A stretch of DNA of 38,294 nucleotides. Origin: a virus. Taxonomy: Duplodnaviria > Caudoviricetes. Position 1 is the first letter of the stretch. Every line of letters begins with the position of its first letter. The stretch covers positions 1 to 38,294 of the IMG/VR virus record IMGVR_UViG_3300020269_000016; one strand, written 5' to 3'. The notes under the pieces are model-generated. The model did not search any database, was not told the DNA's origin, and saw nothing but the letters and a program-made list of their open reading frames with translations. This document shows positions 35,085-38,294 of this stretch, in pieces. The translations under genes were made by a program, and so were the position numbers.

Positions 35085-35177
35085 CTACCTTATAAACACC
35101 CATTTAGGTGGAAAAATTGTTGCCCAATAATAAGCTGCTAATACAACAGCTATAAGTATTAAATCCTCAACTTCCAT
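35085..35177 (-). CDS. 30-aa single-TM micro-protein (not in ORF track)
   Basis: Translation MEVEDLILIAVVLAAYYWATIFPPKWVFIR. Fills the gap between its neighbours. Confidence 0.55.
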   Translation of the reverse strand: MEVEDLILIAVVLAAYYWATIFPPKWVFIR

Positions 35178-35688
35178 TATACCACTCTCTAAAACTAGGA
35201 CTACCGCGTTCCATTGCGTTTAACAATAATGCACCAAATACGGTAATCGCAAGACCTACCACAAGTAAAATACCTATTCCTATGGCTACCATTTCGATTA
35301 TTTCTTCCTGCTTCTGCTTTCTCGCTTTAGCTGCTTCCTTCGCTTTTTCTTTAGCCTCTTGAATACGCTGTGCTCGTAAATCCACAATAGATTTAAACGT
35401 GCCGTGTCCAAAACGCTGGTCAATAAGGACTGACATTTCATAACGCTGTTCTGCAGCAATTTTTGCATCAATAACTTCATGGGCGATACTCTTTATTCCT
35501 AGTTGATCTTTTATACTTAATCCGTCTTTTTTGCTCCTCTTTGCATTTATTTGTTGCTCTCCATCCAGTAAGTCATCTATTGCTCCAACTATATCATTTA
35601 CATCTTTAGCCGTATTTATGCTTGACTTTATAAAATCTACACTCTGTCTTACAAGATTGATACCAGTTACTATGTCTCCTAAAACCAT
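35167..35688 (-). CDS. Coiled-coil protein with a C-terminal TM helix
   Basis: 173 aa, GAGG RBS, TM segment 'MVAIGIGILLVVGLAITVFGALLL'. Confidence 0.75.
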   Translation of the reverse strand: MVLGDIVTGINLVRQSVDFIKSSINTAKDVNDIVGAIDDLLDGEQQINAKRSKKDGLSIKDQLGIKSIAHEVIDAKIAAEQRYEMSVLIDQRFGHGTFKSIVDLRAQRIQEAKEKAKEAAKARKQKQEEIIEMVAIGIGILLVVGLAITVFGALLLNAMERGSPSFREWYNGS

Positions 35689-35691
35689 ACC

Positions 35692-35850
35692 TCATGCTCT
35701 CATTACTAGAGATATTAATAACACTATTGTCGTACCACTAGCCCCTATCAGTATCATTTCTAACCTTTTTACACGTCCTAGTATGACTGTCCAACGTTCT
35801 TCGCTGACAGCTTTATGTACTTCAAATTCTGTCCTCAAATCATCACTCAT
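35692..35850 (-). CDS. 52-aa coiled-coil + TM protein, XhlA-like architecture (not in ORF track)
   Basis: Translation MSDDLRTEFEVHKAVSEERWTVILGRVKRLEMILIGASGTTIVLLISLVMRA. AGGAGATAGG RBS. Confidence 0.7.
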   Translation of the reverse strand: MSDDLRTEFEVHKAVSEERWTVILGRVKRLEMILIGASGTTIVLLISLVMRA

Positions 35851-35863
35851 TATTACCTATCTC

Positions 35864-38029
35864 CTATGAAAAAGCTATAAATATAAAAGTTGCAGAGGAT
35901 TGAGAGCTTACTATTGTAAACCCACTACTATAGGGTTGTATAAGTCCTGATTGGCCATACACTGATGACCCTGCATGGTCATAATTAATAGCAAGATAGT
36001 CATCGCCACCTGTGGTTATACCTTGTACCGAACTAAACATATACCACTGTATGTTCATTATACTGCTTGTATTACTCGCATCTCTTATCAAAACATATCT
36101 AGCAGAACTAGCAAACCCACAGTCTACATTAGTAGCATTGCCATTTGTGTGTGATATATGACCAACTTTACTAACTCCTGCCTTTGTAGCAAAGGATATA
36201 GCAGCATAATCTACTCCACTAACATTTTGCCCAGCATTATTGGTTACTCCAGCACCTGAAAGATCGCCTGCAAAACATAACTGATCATTCCAATCACTTC
36301 CAACAGTAAACACAGAAGAAGTTGGGGCAGAATAAGACCCCCAAGATACATCATCTGCCCAAGAAGCCCCACTATTACCAGGTAAACCACTTAAAGAAAC
36401 TACTTTACCATTATCTTTTAGCCAGTCACTGTAGAACCCTACCATTCTTTGGTTGGAATTATCTGCCTCAAGTGGATGAAAAATAATTGCTTCAGGAGCG
36501 ACTCCTAAATTATGTTCTACATTACGAGTGTTAGTTCCATCACCCTTATAATATGTAACATCTAATGTTTCTGGATATGTGCGAAACATCCAATTTATAA
36601 AATTTACTCCGTAAGTAGCATATCCAGTTAAACCTCTACCTCCATCTAATCCTGTTGGAGAGTATATTGTACGATTAGCTGTATTACCTAAATCCCTAGT
36701 TTCATCTAACTGGTTGACAAGATAACCTCTAGTTTGACCTCCACTCCTACGAAACCTATATAAAAACATATTCTGGCCACCCGTACCAGTTGTTAAGCTA
36801 AAATTAGTTCTACTTATTGCCCAGTCTACAGGCCAACCAGTAAAGAAACTTGTCAACCACTCACTCCAAGTATCCAAGGATGTATCTGCTAAATTTGCTT
36901 TTTGTCCATAATAAACTTGAGTTCCCGTTGTTGGAGCTCTCATAGGACCTTTTCTAATGGCCACTCCTACTATTGGATAGTAATGTTGGTTATAGAGTTT
37001 CTTTCCCCCATTAAGAAAGGAAACCTCAGAAGTAGTATCATAAACATATTCATTAATTCCTCTGTCAACTGACCATCTTCTACCACCTTGTCCTATCCCT
37101 AATTGTTCATCTTGTAAGTACCAATGTTCGTTAGTTGAATCATTTCTTTTAGTTAAAACCCATTGAGGCATCCAACCAAGATCTTGATAAGTGCTTGTTC
37201 CTGTAGGCCAAGTGCCACTGTTGGTAGCAATATCAAAACATTGAACAAGCCCTGTGGAAGAGGTGTCATGATTCCAAGCTGATATTACGTAGTTACCTGT
37301 GGCAAGTGCTGTACTAAGTGTTACCGTATTATTACTAACTGAAATAACAGTGCTAGTAAAAGGAAAGTTATTTGTATTTAATTGTGCCAACTTGCCTGCT
37401 GCGAATCCTCTATGCCAACACCAAGAATCTACACTTGAGGAGAGGTCATAAGATTTAACTACAACAAACCCTGGGTTTTCTAAGTTTAGTGTAACCGTTG
37501 TAGGAGAAGAATTATTGTGGCTTACTGTTCTAACATCAAAAAATTTGGGATGTTTTCTGAAAGTATACATATTATAGTTTCTTCCAGTAGTGTTATAATT
37601 CCTGGCAGCCCCCCAATTAAAATCTACATAATTACCACTTGCATCTTGAGGGAAATTATTATAACTAGGATCTCCCGCGGGTTGGCCTACCAAAATACCA
37701 CTATTACTAAAATCTATAGAGTCTGCTAAAGTTTGTTGCGCATAATTATTTTGATTCACATATAAGGCTTTATGTGCACCGCGTTCTGTATCAAACCAAC
37801 ATTCGGGCTTGCTATCATGACTGTAATCAATAGTTCCTCCAGCTCGTGTCCATACCATACCTCCATAATCTGACATACGCACACCATTAGGTATTGTTCT
37901 ATCAGAACCTGCTGAACTAGAAGCATAGTTTCCACGATATGCATCCAATGCAAAAACATCTTCTATATCAGGCTGTAAGTCTGAAGCTCCTGCAGCTGCC
38001 ATTAATAGATTTTGTGATATGGTACTCAT
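35864..38029 (-). CDS. Tail fibre / receptor-binding-associated protein
   Basis: 721 aa, G/S/T/N/Y-rich beta protein with repeated modules ('YRGN', 'FFDV', 'YKGDG..R.V.HNLGVAPE'). Confidence 0.7.
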   Translation of the reverse strand: MSTISQNLLMAAAGASDLQPDIEDVFALDAYRGNYASSSAGSDRTIPNGVRMSDYGGMVWTRAGGTIDYSHDSKPECWFDTERGAHKALYVNQNNYAQQTLADSIDFSNSGILVGQPAGDPSYNNFPQDASGNYVDFNWGAARNYNTTGRNYNMYTFRKHPKFFDVRTVSHNNSSPTTVTLNLENPGFVVVKSYDLSSSVDSWCWHRGFAAGKLAQLNTNNFPFTSTVISVSNNTVTLSTALATGNYVISAWNHDTSSTGLVQCFDIATNSGTWPTGTSTYQDLGWMPQWVLTKRNDSTNEHWYLQDEQLGIGQGGRRWSVDRGINEYVYDTTSEVSFLNGGKKLYNQHYYPIVGVAIRKGPMRAPTTGTQVYYGQKANLADTSLDTWSEWLTSFFTGWPVDWAISRTNFSLTTGTGGQNMFLYRFRRSGGQTRGYLVNQLDETRDLGNTANRTIYSPTGLDGGRGLTGYATYGVNFINWMFRTYPETLDVTYYKGDGTNTRNVEHNLGVAPEAIIFHPLEADNSNQRMVGFYSDWLKDNGKVVSLSGLPGNSGASWADDVSWGSYSAPTSSVFTVGSDWNDQLCFAGDLSGAGVTNNAGQNVSGVDYAAISFATKAGVSKVGHISHTNGNATNVDCGFASSARYVLIRDASNTSSIMNIQWYMFSSVQGITTGGDDYLAINYDHAGSSVYGQSGLIQPYSSGFTIVSSQSSATFIFIAFS

Positions 38030-38292
38030 TAACTAACTCTCTTCCCCACTGTAAATCCATAATATGTTGTACCTCCATCAGTAGTAAAGAAGGTAAATAC
38101 GTCTACATCTCCTGCACCTGTGGAAAGCACTGCAGGAACACCTAGAGTCCATTTAACAGAAGCAGGCCATGTTACTATTTTGCTACCGCCCGAACCTTGG
38201 GTAATTTTTAAAGTAAACCCATATGCTGTACCACTAGCAGGTGGATTAGAAAATGTGTAAGTTACGTTACCTGTAAAGGTATGCTCAAACAC
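38029..38292 (-). CDS. Tail fibre-associated protein, C-terminal part (truncated by window edge)
   Basis: 'T.TFSNPPASG......L...Q...GS..VTWP.SVKW......LST.....DVF.F.T.DGG' module. TAATG coupling. Confidence 0.7.
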   Translation of the reverse strand: MFEHTFTGNVTYTFSNPPASGTAYGFTLKITQGSGGSKIVTWPASVKWTLGVPAVLSTGAGDVDVFTFFTTDGGTTYYGFTVGKRVS

Positions 38293-38294
38293 GT

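Noticed and set aside
35864-38029. Diversity-generating retroelement target in the tail fibre gene.
   Set aside because: There is no reverse transcriptase, and no template/variable repeat pair was seen in the window.
1-38294. The window both begins and ends with ACGT, suggesting a terminal repeat or circularity.
   Set aside because: The match is only 4 nt, ACGT is common here, both ends cut through ORFs, and head and packaging genes are missing, so this is not a complete genome.

Overview
This is a 38.3-kb AT-rich fragment of a tailed dsDNA bacteriophage. It is most likely a marine podovirus-type phage; an alphaproteobacterial host is inferred from promoter shape and the GTA-type holin, and is not proven. 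It has two convergent gene blocks. The + strand block (1-14782) carries unknown early genes, a VRR-NUC nuclease, a DUF6378-like protein, a compact Leu762-type family A DNA polymerase, a Cas4/RecB-like exonuclease, an HNH-like protein, an SNF2 helicase, an excisionase-type HTH protein, a T7 gp2.5-like SSB, an AEP primase-DUF927 helicase fusion, a SleB-like wall hydrolase and a PD-(D/E)XK endonuclease. The - strand block (38294-14766) carries tail fibre genes, a cluster of small membrane and lysis genes (3TM holin, M15 endolysin), a tail-hub protein and about 16 kb of putative internal/ejection proteins. It ends in a 2254-aa protein with a HExxH metallopeptidase motif. No capsid, portal, terminase, integrase, tRNA or CRISPR was seen in the window. 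The most interesting signals are non-coding. A terminator-bounded candidate small RNA (about 14293-14368) is complementary to the RBS and start codon of the phage ssb gene 4.3 kb away, and to two other phage RBSs. A three-way-junction RNA/ssDNA structure lies just upstream of the primase. A second structured element with an anti-SD tract lies at 3921-4110. Other notes are an apparent total absence of CCGG, a micro-protein ending in an SSB-tail-like EEVPF, and clamp-binding-like Q[LF]EFDF motifs. All family calls come from motif recognition by eye; no searches were run.
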